Below are positions 9,957-19,696 of a DNA stretch of 64,000 nucleotides, piece after piece. A program made the position numbers and the translations under genes. Under the pieces are notes generated by a model that made no database searches, was not told where the DNA came from, and worked only from the letters and a program-made list of their open reading frames with translations. Origin of the DNA: a virus (lineage: Duplodnaviria > Caudoviricetes); IMG/VR virus record IMGVR_UViG_3300037400_001757, positions 3,219-67,218 of that record. One strand, given 5' to 3'. The first letter of the stretch is position 1. Every line of letters starts with the position of its first letter.

Positions 9957-10913
9957 TTAAATGAGTTCCATATCTTCCATGACATCTGTAAACATACTAG
10001 CCATGTCAATAACATTACCTGCAGAATTAAGCCAACCAAATATTGTAAAGGCATAAGTGATACTAGTGAATGCTACAAATAAGCCACTCATTGGTAATAA
10101 TAATCCTGTTAATGTAGTAGAAGCAGCTGCACCTATTCCAACGAAGCCTAAGTATTTACCTACATCAGCAGCCATATTAGCTATACCAGCTTTAGATTTA
10201 AATTGACTAAAAGCAAAATTAATCTTATTGTTTTCAGAAACACATTGAGCTATAGGATATACAAACTTTAAGTATATATAACTAAAGCCATTCCAGCCTC
10301 TTTTTAATATCCAAGCCAATGTAGACTTACAATACTCAGCTACCTTAGCAGCTTTTTCTTTTACCCAATTAGTCATTCTTCTTAATAATGATTGATGTTT
10401 AGCTTCTGTTAGCATTTGTCTTTTAGATATCATAGCTATATATTTTTCACCTTTAACATAAGCTTTAATAACACCAAACAATTTAGATAACATATCAACT
10501 AAGCCATTCCATAATGTAGTAAATACTTTAGGGAAACAATTCTTAATGACACCTATAATAGACATAATAACTGCTTTATAAGTTCTTACATCTACTAGTC
10601 TAACTAAGACTTCAAATGTTGATATAATATTATTATAGAAGATTGATAATATACTTCCGAATATAGGACCACAAGCTTTCTTTACCATAGTATCTGGCAT
10701 CTTTAATGCTGCGTAAGATAATGATAATGCTGAATCATATATAGGTAATGGCATTCCTATATTCTTTTGCATATTAGCTTTTTCTTGTTGGAATAATTGC
10801 TTTAAATCACCAGCAGAATCTCTTAAAGCCATTGCGCAATTAGAAGAGAATTTACTTATGCCTTCACCTAAAGCACTTCTCTTTTTGATTTCTAGTTTCT
10901 TTTCATTAGCCAT
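9957..10913 (-). CDS. Hypothetical protein with hydrophobic C-terminal helices (318 aa)
   Basis: YLGFVGIGAAASTTLTGLLLPMSGLFVAFTSITYAFTIFGWL hydrophobic stretch. Confidence 0.7.
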   Translation of the reverse strand: MANEKKLEIKKRSALGEGISKFSSNCAMALRDSAGDLKQLFQQEKANMQKNIGMPLPIYDSALSLSYAALKMPDTMVKKACGPIFGSILSIFYNNIISTFEVLVRLVDVRTYKAVIMSIIGVIKNCFPKVFTTLWNGLVDMLSKLFGVIKAYVKGEKYIAMISKRQMLTEAKHQSLLRRMTNWVKEKAAKVAEYCKSTLAWILKRGWNGFSYIYLKFVYPIAQCVSENNKINFAFSQFKSKAGIANMAADVGKYLGFVGIGAAASTTLTGLLLPMSGLFVAFTSITYAFTIFGWLNSAGNVIDMASMFTDVMEDMELI

Positions 10914-11518
10914 TATAAATATCTCCTTATTTGTGACAACAGTAATTCCTTAGCTAAGAAATCTCCTGGGCACCTCTTATCTGATTTTGTTTCTATCTCA
11001 TCGTGGAAAAATACTGCCTTACTAGGATCTGAGGCTATTTTCAACATCTTAACTAAAGGCGCTAAACATCTATAAGCTAAGATTTTATATAATCTATTAT
11101 CTGGCATATCTACATTAAGATCACATAATATTATAACATGGATAGAATCTTCATAGGCCTTATCTAAATTATCAAAATGGCAATGAATATTCATAGGCCT
11201 ACCAGCTATAACTTCATAGTCATCACCTATCTTATCTACTATGAAATGATAGTTATAATCATCATCACCATTCTTTACAATATTATTAATCTTAAGGTTA
11301 CCAACAGTAGGTTCTCTACTAGTTGTAATTAAAGCAGCATCTGTATGATTAAGACAGTTACTATCATGTATAATAATATACTTAGGTTTAGAAGTGAACT
11401 TATCACCTCTTTTAAAGGCACCAGGTAATTTAGGATTAACCAATGCCATTAAGTAATTACCTCTAATGATATTCTTAGTTAATGTATCTTCATTTAAAGT
11501 TAACTTATGCTTAATCAT
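10913..11518 (-). CDS. N-acetylmuramoyl-L-alanine amidase (Amidase_2, T7-lysozyme/PGRP type)
   Basis: YIIIHDS, NYHFIVD, VFFHDE, KRCPGD supply the His/Tyr/His/Cys set. Confidence 0.8.
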   Translation of the reverse strand: MIKHKLTLNEDTLTKNIIRGNYLMALVNPKLPGAFKRGDKFTSKPKYIIIHDSNCLNHTDAALITTSREPTVGNLKINNIVKNGDDDYNYHFIVDKIGDDYEVIAGRPMNIHCHFDNLDKAYEDSIHVIILCDLNVDMPDNRLYKILAYRCLAPLVKMLKIASDPSKAVFFHDEIETKSDKRCPGDFLAKELLLSQIRRYL

Positions 11519-14106
11519 ACTTTAATTACCTTTACTTGAATGTGTTCTTCATCAGTATAGATATATTCTGGAACATATTCTTTTAATTGTTCTTTAGTAA
11601 ATTTATCTATATCATAATTATAGACTATATCTACTTCAGGTATCTTAATTTCACAATGGTCAATATAAGAACCTAATTGTTGAATAGCTTGATACATTAA
11701 ACTTCTATGTTGATCTAATTGAATATCACTATACTTAGCTAAGACATATAATATCTGATTCTTTACAGCTTGAGCTACAACACTTTCATTATCAGCTTCA
11801 CTATTGACATATACATATACTGATATCTTATATGGTATTTCAAATTTAGGTATAAACCAATAATTAGCATTGCCACTATAAGTATACTTCTTATCTTTAG
11901 CAACTACATATATAATGTCACCAGGAGCAGAATCTAAGAAGTACCAGCTACCATTACTATACATAGCTACTTTACCATTGTTACCAATAAAATCACCAGT
12001 AGGAGTTTCACCAACTATGAATCTATTTCCTTCTTGAGCATCTACAGGTGGAGTATTCACTATATCTATAACAGCAGCTTTAGTAGTTACATTTAAATCA
12101 TAGTTTTTAGAATAACCACAAGTTCTAGCAAATTTAATATTGATACTAACATTCATCATTCTATAATCATCTAATGAATTGTTAGCTACTAACTTCTGTA
12201 TAATATTAGTTTCAAAATTAATCTTTTCATCAGTACTTAGATTATCCATATAAGATTTCTTGATACATGGTATATCATATATCTTAGAAATATTAGTATT
12301 CTGATTAGTAGATATATTACTATAGATATAATTTCTAAGTTCTTTCTTTAATGTATAATTAACATCTATCTTAGCTATATTCTGATTAGTAGTTGTATCT
12401 TTAACTTGATATTCTATTTTACAGTTGCCAATTCTAATATCTTCCATTGGTACACTATATATAATCTTAGAATTTTCAATATCTATACTACAATGATATG
12501 GGCCTTTAGAATCATTACTATATGTCATAAACATATTGATATCTAGATTATTCATATCAACAGTATTATTTAAGTTATAATAATCTAATGTAAATGTAAT
12601 TTCACTATAGTTACTATCAGTTAATATTTCTAATTTAGTAAAACTTAAAGGATATAATACTTGATTCCAAATAGTTACTTCAGGTGTAACACTAGCATCA
12701 TTTACTAGATAGAAATAATATCCGAATGAATCTGTTTCTTTAATGAATCCTAATGGACATACATATTCTATGTCATCTTCAGTAAATACTTTATATGGCA
12801 TAAACTGTGTTGTATCACTAGGTATCTCTCCACTTAATGATGAAGTAGGAACAGGTATAGTTTGAGTTAAAGATTGACTTTCTTCTTGTGTATTTATAAT
12901 AGTTTCTGGATTTCTTACTAAATGAGTATCAGGTATTACTACATATAATATAACTTCATTACTTTTAAGATCACTTCTTTTTAATATAGACTTACTAAAA
13001 TCATAAGGTAATGGAGTAGCTACTATATCTTTAATTTGGTCATGGTCATAACTAGTAACTATTCTTTGTCTAGCTTGGAATCTAGCAATAGCTTTTCTTC
13101 TAGTTTCACCCAAGCTTTCATCAGTAACACCAGTAGTAGATGCTATGACATTAGTTACATTAATAGTGACAGCTTTAATTCTACCGTTATCATCAGTATA
13201 ATTAATCTTTGACATCTTGGTTAATGAACCAGGTATAATAGCACCTTTATCAGCTTTAGTTTCATAAAAGACTATCTCAACAATGGAACCTGGATCTGGT
13301 TGTCTACCAAAGATATCATTACCAAACATGATTCTTACGGTATTATTACTATCATAATTAAAGTAATATTTCTTTTCACCTATACCCATATTGAAATAAG
13401 AATCAGCTCTTTTCCATTCTTCACTTTCAGCATTGGCATCTGGTTTTACAAATACTTTAATATCAGATAGTCTATCATTATATTGAACAGTAAATGAATA
13501 AGGTTGATATATTTTTAAATCATAAGGTATATATCTTTCCTGTTCTTCTTTTACAACTTGTACTAATGGTAATACCAAATAAGCAATATTATCTCTTATA
13601 ATGACATTAATATTTCTATGACTACTTTCAGTAGAACCTGTAACTGTTAAACTATTGGTATCTTCTTTATAACTAAAATGATAGTTTTCTTCTGGATTCG
13701 TATATATAATATTATCAGCTTTAAACCTGGTATCTACTCCTATATCAAAATCAACATCATGAGTAAAACCTATTAATGGTATAGATAGTAAAGCATCTAC
13801 AGTACTAGGTTTAGCAAAGCCTTTAGTATAAGAAAGATAACTAGCCCAGTTATAAATAGAACTAGGTAATGTAGCTGTAACTAGATAAGATTCTCTTTTA
13901 CTTAAAGATATAGCATTACTATTATCAGCAGATAACATTGATAAAGTATCTACTATATATGATAAGAATGTAGCCTTACTTAAATCTACTCCTTGTAATT
14001 CTTCGTATTCTACTAATCTATCTAGTATCTTTTTACGAACACTTTCTGCAGATGATAATATGAAATTGTTAGGTATAACATTTAAATTATTAGCCATTAT
14101 ATACAA
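11515..14106 (-). CDS. Baseplate wedge protein, T4 gp6 / baseplate-J-like
   Basis: ESYLVTATLPSSIYNWA, IMFGNDIFGRQP, DESLGETRRKAIARFQARQRIVTSYD motifs. Confidence 0.8.
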   Translation of the reverse strand: MYIMANNLNVIPNNFILSSAESVRKKILDRLVEYEELQGVDLSKATFLSYIVDTLSMLSADNSNAISLSKRESYLVTATLPSSIYNWASYLSYTKGFAKPSTVDALLSIPLIGFTHDVDFDIGVDTRFKADNIIYTNPEENYHFSYKEDTNSLTVTGSTESSHRNINVIIRDNIAYLVLPLVQVVKEEQERYIPYDLKIYQPYSFTVQYNDRLSDIKVFVKPDANAESEEWKRADSYFNMGIGEKKYYFNYDSNNTVRIMFGNDIFGRQPDPGSIVEIVFYETKADKGAIIPGSLTKMSKINYTDDNGRIKAVTINVTNVIASTTGVTDESLGETRRKAIARFQARQRIVTSYDHDQIKDIVATPLPYDFSKSILKRSDLKSNEVILYVVIPDTHLVRNPETIINTQEESQSLTQTIPVPTSSLSGEIPSDTTQFMPYKVFTEDDIEYVCPLGFIKETDSFGYYFYLVNDASVTPEVTIWNQVLYPLSFTKLEILTDSNYSEITFTLDYYNLNNTVDMNNLDINMFMTYSNDSKGPYHCSIDIENSKIIYSVPMEDIRIGNCKIEYQVKDTTTNQNIAKIDVNYTLKKELRNYIYSNISTNQNTNISKIYDIPCIKKSYMDNLSTDEKINFETNIIQKLVANNSLDDYRMMNVSINIKFARTCGYSKNYDLNVTTKAAVIDIVNTPPVDAQEGNRFIVGETPTGDFIGNNGKVAMYSNGSWYFLDSAPGDIIYVVAKDKKYTYSGNANYWFIPKFEIPYKISVYVYVNSEADNESVVAQAVKNQILYVLAKYSDIQLDQHRSLMYQAIQQLGSYIDHCEIKIPEVDIVYNYDIDKFTKEQLKEYVPEYIYTDEEHIQVKVIKV

Positions 14107-14121
14107 TGCTCCTCTATATGA

Positions 14122-14823
14122 TTATTCTTTTAGTAATGTATATCTAGCATTGTATAGATCCATGCTAGCATCATAATTAATATACTTTCCATCAATAATA
14201 TCTTTAAAGAAGTCATAACTAAAAGATAAAGTTTCCATCAATCTTTTACCTACTTCTAAACTAAATATCTTTCTGAAGTGATTGACATATATCCATTGAG
14301 TAGATATATGCTCAACATTATCTAATTGATAAACTTTTCTAAAGTTATTCTTCATATCTATTTTATAGAATTTTCTTTTACCCATTAAAGATTCACTTCT
14401 ACTCACTACTTGAAATAATGGTTCTTGTTCAGAAGGCTTATTACTTACATTATTATATAGATATACAAAATCTTTAGGTGTAGGTCTTACTCCCATATAA
14501 TCAGGTATAACTATACTAGTTCTAAAATCTGTAAGTACACCATCTTCTCTCATAGTAGGAGTAATAGGACCATGGTTTTCTACTAACCATACAGGCATTA
14601 ATTGAATCTTCTTCCATTTTCTTCCACTCATATCATCAGCTAAATGATAAGTGCCACTATCTATATGTTTTCTATCATCTAATATGGAAGCATTATAATC
14701 AAATTTATAATAAGTACAGAAATAATTAGGTCTCATTATACCATACTTATTTAACATTAAATCTAGATATTCATCTGTATAATCTAGATGTGTAAAAGGT
14801 CTTAAAAACGTAGGCATTGACAT
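14122..14823 (-). CDS. Virion structural protein, possibly neck/head-completion
   Basis: Position between gp25-like and gp6-like genes; function not established from sequence. Confidence 0.35.
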   Translation of the reverse strand: MSMPTFLRPFTHLDYTDEYLDLMLNKYGIMRPNYFCTYYKFDYNASILDDRKHIDSGTYHLADDMSGRKWKKIQLMPVWLVENHGPITPTMREDGVLTDFRTSIVIPDYMGVRPTPKDFVYLYNNVSNKPSEQEPLFQVVSRSESLMGKRKFYKIDMKNNFRKVYQLDNVEHISTQWIYVNHFRKIFSLEVGKRLMETLSFSYDFFKDIIDGKYINYDASMDLYNARYTLLKE

Positions 14824-14870
14824 AACTAGTTTTATCTCCTTTCTCTTAAGCTGTTGGTTAAAATGTAGCT

Positions 14871-15320
14871 TTAGAGAAGTCTAGTTAATGCTTGCATATC
14901 CTTTATGAAACCAAAGCTCAAGACTACGCTTTCTCCTGTAGGATTATATCTTAAGTTAAGTTGTAAACTTAAACTCTTATTTTTTCCACTTGCTTTATGA
15001 GTAATACCAGTTAATGTTAGATCCTTTTCATATTTAGCTATTTTTCTAGCAATATCATTCTTTAAGGTTTCAATAGCTGACTCATTATTTTTAAAGTATG
15101 GTTCTATCTTTACACCAAAACCAGGATCATTAATATAAGTTCCTTCAGTAGTACATATCAATACAGTTAATCTATATACAGCTAATTCTTTACTATTATA
15201 ATATTGAAAATCACCTGTTGGACTAATAACAGATGAATAACCATAATTGTCTATTATTAGATTTTGAACACCTTGTTGTGTATAAAATTGGTCTATAATT
15301 TCTTGTGGTATATTAGCCAT
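14871..15320 (-). CDS. Baseplate wedge / sheath-initiator, gp25-like
   Basis: LICTTEGTYINDPGFGVKI matches the GPW/gp25 T.GE/T...P.FG motif; typical size. Confidence 0.75.
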   Translation of the reverse strand: MANIPQEIIDQFYTQQGVQNLIIDNYGYSSVISPTGDFQYYNSKELAVYRLTVLICTTEGTYINDPGFGVKIEPYFKNNESAIETLKNDIARKIAKYEKDLTLTGITHKASGKNKSLSLQLNLRYNPTGESVVLSFGFIKDMQALTRLL

Positions 15321-15335
15321 AATAATTAACCTTTC

Positions 15336-16505
15336 TTAAGCTGGTAAATTATTTGAAGATGCTTTTTTCTTTTCTTCTTCATTAGAATATTCTATACCCA
15401 TCTTATCACTATTATTAGGAGTAGGGTTACCACTTCTTAGGTTAAGATTAAAGTTATCATTATCATAAGTTTTATATTTAGTATCATAAGCAACTTCATT
15501 AAATCTATCTGAAGCAGGTGGTGTATAACCAGTATGTGCTAATTGGAAACTACTATTTTCATCATATGGACCAACAACAGTATTAGCATTAGGATCAAAA
15601 GCAAATTCATTAAATTTATCTTCAGCGCTACCTTCATACTTATATTTGAAATCACCAACATTAGATGTACTATTAGTAGCCATATCTAATATAGATTGTC
15701 TATCTCCTAGTTCTTTAACTTTACCACTTAATAGTTCATATAACCAATATGTATCCATTCTACTCTTTACCCAGAAATCATAATAATCTACACTGAATGT
15801 AACACTATGTCTTAAAGCATCATGTTGTCCTACAGTATGACTCATGTCATTAATAGGCATAATAGTAGGAAATAACCCTTCAGCAGCAAAACCAAATGTT
15901 AAACTAGTCATATCTGGTAATAATGTGCCATAGTAAAAATTAGCACCATAGATATTTGAACTAGATTCATAATCACTTAAAGTACCAGTAACTACTTTTT
16001 CTTTTAATAATGATCCACTAACATCATATCTACCATCATTAATCTTAGATATATAATCATACCAGCCCATTAGTAATGCAGTTATTTGCATATTCTGGTC
16101 AGCTAAAAATTGAATAGTAATAGTATTGCCCTTTTGTGAAAATAAGGGACTAGTTACTGTATGTCCACCTCTGCCATTGAATTGTAATGTCTTTAAAGTT
16201 TCAGCAGGTAATTGAACTTCAGTTATACTAGAACTAAATATTTCTATAATGTTATCTTCAGTCCAATTACCTAATGGATAATATGTAACCATGTAATCTA
16301 TAAAGGCAGGAGGAACACTATCTATAGTAGCATAAAAGAAACCAGTTACATAAGCATCTTTTTCAGTAAGATATCTTTTAGTTAATAACTGTGTTTTCCT
16401 TTTCTTGATATCCATTGTAGATACAGAACCGCTTCCACCTATACCTATTGTTTCACTAAGAAAACTAGTATTTGTAGTAAATGGATTTAAATCATCTATA
16501 TTCAT
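15336..16505 (-). CDS. Tail-tube-fold protein (gp19/gp54-like) with C-terminal extension
   Basis: VQLPAETL...NGRGG...ITIQF...LMGWYDYI...GLFP...VTFSVDYY tube-fold pattern. Confidence 0.6.
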   Translation of the reverse strand: MNIDDLNPFTTNTSFLSETIGIGGSGSVSTMDIKKRKTQLLTKRYLTEKDAYVTGFFYATIDSVPPAFIDYMVTYYPLGNWTEDNIIEIFSSSITEVQLPAETLKTLQFNGRGGHTVTSPLFSQKGNTITIQFLADQNMQITALLMGWYDYISKINDGRYDVSGSLLKEKVVTGTLSDYESSSNIYGANFYYGTLLPDMTSLTFGFAAEGLFPTIMPINDMSHTVGQHDALRHSVTFSVDYYDFWVKSRMDTYWLYELLSGKVKELGDRQSILDMATNSTSNVGDFKYKYEGSAEDKFNEFAFDPNANTVVGPYDENSSFQLAHTGYTPPASDRFNEVAYDTKYKTYDNDNFNLNLRSGNPTPNNSDKMGIEYSNEEEKKKASSNNLPA

Positions 16506-16553
16506 TATATAAGTATTCCTCCTTTCTTATATGATATTATCAATAGTTACTTA

Positions 16554-17282
16554 TTATCCTAAAGAACCAGCTGTATGATTCCAATAAGCAGCTTTACCAT
16601 TTTCATAGTATTGGTCTACTAAACTCTGAGCTTCTCTAGTAGAATTGGCATCCCAGTACATATCATCAACATGGAAGTTGACATCAAAGGTTTGTCCATC
16701 TACAGATGTAATATCAGTATTAATCTGAGAACCTAAATCACTCATAGGATATACACCAGTAAATTTAATACCAGCTTCTACTGATTTTCCATTAGGTCTT
16801 AATATCCAATAAGTTAAATCAGCTGTCCAATTAGTCTTGGTATATTCATTATCTACAAGCATACTTACACCACTGTTAGTATGTCTAACAAGATTAGCCC
16901 AAGCACCAATAGCTTTAGTTAAAGGCATACCACTAAGTTCTCTAAATCTTAAAGTAACTTGGTCACCAAAATCAATACTACCAGCAGCACCCCATTTAGT
17001 GCCACCCATAGCAGTGATATCTACGAAGTTTAATGTTCCACCAGGAACACCACTAACAGCTTCACATAATGCAGAAAATGTTCCAGCTAAGTCATCAGCA
17101 TTAGACCATAATCTTCTATCAGCATCTTTATCAGAAGTTACTTGAGCAGACTTAATAATTTCATCAGCTGTGGTACTACTGAAACTAAAATGAACACCAA
17201 AGTAACCTAATACAAAAGCATCTTCTTGATTCAAATTTAAATTGAATCTTCTAGTTGCTAGATTTCTACTTGCCCATGCCAT
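16554..17282 (-). CDS. Tail tube protein (paralog B)
   Basis: VSGVPGGTL...AMGGTKW...VTLRFRELSG...FTGVYP...FHVD. Confidence 0.7.
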   Translation of the reverse strand: MAWASRNLATRRFNLNLNQEDAFVLGYFGVHFSFSSTTADEIIKSAQVTSDKDADRRLWSNADDLAGTFSALCEAVSGVPGGTLNFVDITAMGGTKWGAAGSIDFGDQVTLRFRELSGMPLTKAIGAWANLVRHTNSGVSMLVDNEYTKTNWTADLTYWILRPNGKSVEAGIKFTGVYPMSDLGSQINTDITSVDGQTFDVNFHVDDMYWDANSTREAQSLVDQYYENGKAAYWNHTAGSLG

Positions 17283-17310
17283 TATAATGTTTCTCCTTTC
17301 TAATCAGATA

Positions 17311-18030
17311 TTATTGAAGTATAGTTGGATCTGTTATGCCTTGTCCAGTATTAAATGGCTGGAACTGGTCAAACATAGTTACCTTATCTTGAACTACTTC
17401 TAAAGCAGAATTATCTGACCATACTGAATCAACATGGAATTCTATTTCAGGTTCTAAAGCTTCTACTGTTCCATTGTCACTATTAAGTAAATCACTAGGA
17501 TACTTAGTAGGACATATACCTTCGAAAACAGTTCCTCTTTCTACAGTCTTACAATCTGGTTTAAGATATGCCAGATAAGCAGTACCATAGAAATTTCTTT
17601 TAGTATAATCTGAGCCTTGTAATAGTGAAGCACCTGTATGAGGATCTCTTATAAGAGTGAACCATGAACAGATTGTCTTTAATATAGGCATACCAGCTAA
17701 TTCTCTGAACTTAACAGAGAATGTACTTGGTGTATCAATATTAGTAGTAACTCCCCATTTAGTACCACCCAATCCATTTAATGAAGTTTGGTTAATAGTT
17801 GTATCAGGAATGCTTGGAACACCTGTTGCTAATGCAGCTAATGCTTTTATCATATCATCAACACTACTTACAGCATTATATGTATCACTTCCAAACAAGT
17901 TAGTATATACCTGATATATTCTTTCTGGTATCTCCCACCAAAGTAACCAATAACCAGTAATGAAAGCATCTTGCTGATTCATATTGGATTGGAATCTTCT
18001 ATTTAATAGTTGTCGACTTTCCCAAGCCAT
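17311..18030 (-). CDS. Tail tube protein (paralog A)
   Basis: Clear paralog of 16554..17282 (MAWESRQL vs MAWASRNL; GGTKWG; FRELAG; FHVD). Confidence 0.7.
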   Translation of the reverse strand: MAWESRQLLNRRFQSNMNQQDAFITGYWLLWWEIPERIYQVYTNLFGSDTYNAVSSVDDMIKALAALATGVPSIPDTTINQTSLNGLGGTKWGVTTNIDTPSTFSVKFRELAGMPILKTICSWFTLIRDPHTGASLLQGSDYTKRNFYGTAYLAYLKPDCKTVERGTVFEGICPTKYPSDLLNSDNGTVEALEPEIEFHVDSVWSDNSALEVVQDKVTMFDQFQPFNTGQGITDPTILQ

Positions 18031-18246
18031 TATTAGAATTCCTCCTTTAAAGGATTATTAAGAATGTAATTAATTACTAGAGTCTTTATTTTTGAGGAAA
18101 TCTAACGTCAGCGTGAAAAGGTCCCCTTTAGTATATTTCTATACCAAAGGGGCAAGTATCTTTGAAAGGACAACAAGCATTAGGAAATGTTCACGAAACC
18201 TAATGCTAATTGTAAAACTTAATTTTTTAAATTATATAGACTATAT

Positions 18247-18654
18247 CTATTTAGTACAGTCTTTCTTAGATATAATGAAAGTAGATTTCTTTCCTACATA
18301 ATTTGGATTATTTCTAGCTTCTCTATTTAAGCCATACTTCTTATCTAAGAATTCTACTTTATCTAAATAATTATTTAATTGGTCAGTAAGTTGTTTAGCT
18401 ATAAACTTATGTCTATCAATTTCTTTTAGATAGAATTCTTTCTTAACTCTAGCCATAGCTAATCTTACACCAGTATTAAAATTAAATTCATCATTATCAG
18501 ATCTTACAGCTTTAGCTTTAAATGTGTTACCGTATTTGTCTTTAAGTACAGCTATAGTTTCCTTATCATTTTGAGATACTAGAATGTCAAAATTATCTTT
18601 ACGATCTGTATCTTCAAATACGAATTCAAAATTATCATCTTTAACTTTAGTCAT
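18247..18654 (-). CDS. Conserved-type phage hypothetical protein (135 aa)
   Basis: KAKAVRSDNDEFNFNTGVRLAMAR resembles a common phage A...D.F...G..LA..R motif; GAAAGGA RBS. Confidence 0.65.
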   Translation of the reverse strand: MTKVKDDNFEFVFEDTDRKDNFDILVSQNDKETIAVLKDKYGNTFKAKAVRSDNDEFNFNTGVRLAMARVKKEFYLKEIDRHKFIAKQLTDQLNNYLDKVEFLDKKYGLNREARNNPNYVGKKSTFIISKKDCTK

Positions 18655-18694
18655 AATAGGTTCCTTTCAATATATAATTTCGATATAATAATTA

Positions 18695-18892
18695 TTAACC
18701 CTCAGGCAGTACCTTCATTTTAGGATTATCTTTAAGTATCCAATATCTAGTACATTTATCTTCACTTAAATAGGTATCAAACATTATACCCATTTCAGTA
18801 AAACCAGTTTCAATATCTTTTAATCTCTTACGTTCAAAACCATTCATATTATTATAATCAAATGATATAGTTACGTTTTTGTCTTGGGTCAT
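18695..18892 (-). CDS. Small hypothetical protein (65 aa)
   Basis: AGGAG RBS upstream; co-directional with neighbours. Confidence 0.55.
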   Translation of the reverse strand: MTQDKNVTISFDYNNMNGFERKRLKDIETGFTEMGIMFDTYLSEDKCTRYWILKDNPKMKVLPEG

Positions 18893-19430
18893 TTAAACTA
18901 TACTCCTTCTTAACAGATTTTAGAATCTTACCTTTTGTCCACATAAGTTCCCAGAATTCTTCATAATTCAAATGGTATTTCATTTTAACATTAGTATAAT
19001 CTATAATGGAACAATGTTTTCTATTGAAGTATTTACATTGAATATCTTCTACATACTTTAATATTTGGTTAAATGTATTGAACTCATGTATACCTAAATA
19101 CTTTTTAAATGAGGCTTCTGGTACTAACCACTTTTTCATATCATGGTCTACTATAGCTACAACTACATGAGCTTCACCCACTTCAGTTTCAACATATATC
19201 TTTTTAGGCTTTAGATCTTTCAACATATAGTATTGATATTCTACTGTATCTAAACAAGTACCTGTTCTATATTTTTCTATGAATTCTTTAGGAGTGATAT
19301 TAATCATATCGCTATAGTCATCACTATCATATAGAACCTTACCTTTAGATGTTACGATACCATAAGGAAAATCTTTAATCTCATTAAATACAGATTCCAC
19401 TCTTGCATACGTTAATGTCTTAAGAGCCAT
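18858..19430 (-). CDS. Possible transglutaminase/papain-fold protein
   Basis: GTCLDTVE...EAHVVV...WLVPEAS could form a Cys-His-acid triad. Confidence 0.4.
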   Translation of the reverse strand: MALKTLTYARVESVFNEIKDFPYGIVTSKGKVLYDSDDYSDMINITPKEFIEKYRTGTCLDTVEYQYYMLKDLKPKKIYVETEVGEAHVVVAIVDHDMKKWLVPEASFKKYLGIHEFNTFNQILKYVEDIQCKYFNRKHCSIIDYTNVKMKYHLNYEEFWELMWTKGKILKSVKKEYSLNDPRQKRNYII

Positions 19431-19599
19431 AAATGATGTTTCTCCATTATAAATTAGACTAACTTTTGTAAATCTATTTTGAAAAGACCAAAAAATGGAC
19501 CTAGCTCTACAACCTAATCTGGTCTATATGTCGGGCAGGGTTTTCTTGATTTTTATCGTACAATGATTCACCATAAATAGGTGCTGACAGATGTCACGA

Positions 19600-19648
19600 A
19601 AAGAAAGGCATATAATGCAGACTAAATTCTTAATCAGCATTATATGCT
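19600..19648 (-). terminator. Putative terminator after recA
   Basis: GCATATAATGC / GCATTATATGC 11-bp inverted repeat followed by TTTCTTTT on the minus strand. Confidence 0.6.
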
Positions 19649-19696
19649 CATAATTATAAGGATGGTCGTGATTGTCAACCCTAAAATTATATTACC

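Noticed and set aside
19651-19678. TTGACA...TATAAT sigma70-like promoter (minus), and a similar AAGACA...TATAAT near 25347
   Set aside because: The spacer is 14 nt rather than 16-18; two examples are too few to claim a new promoter class
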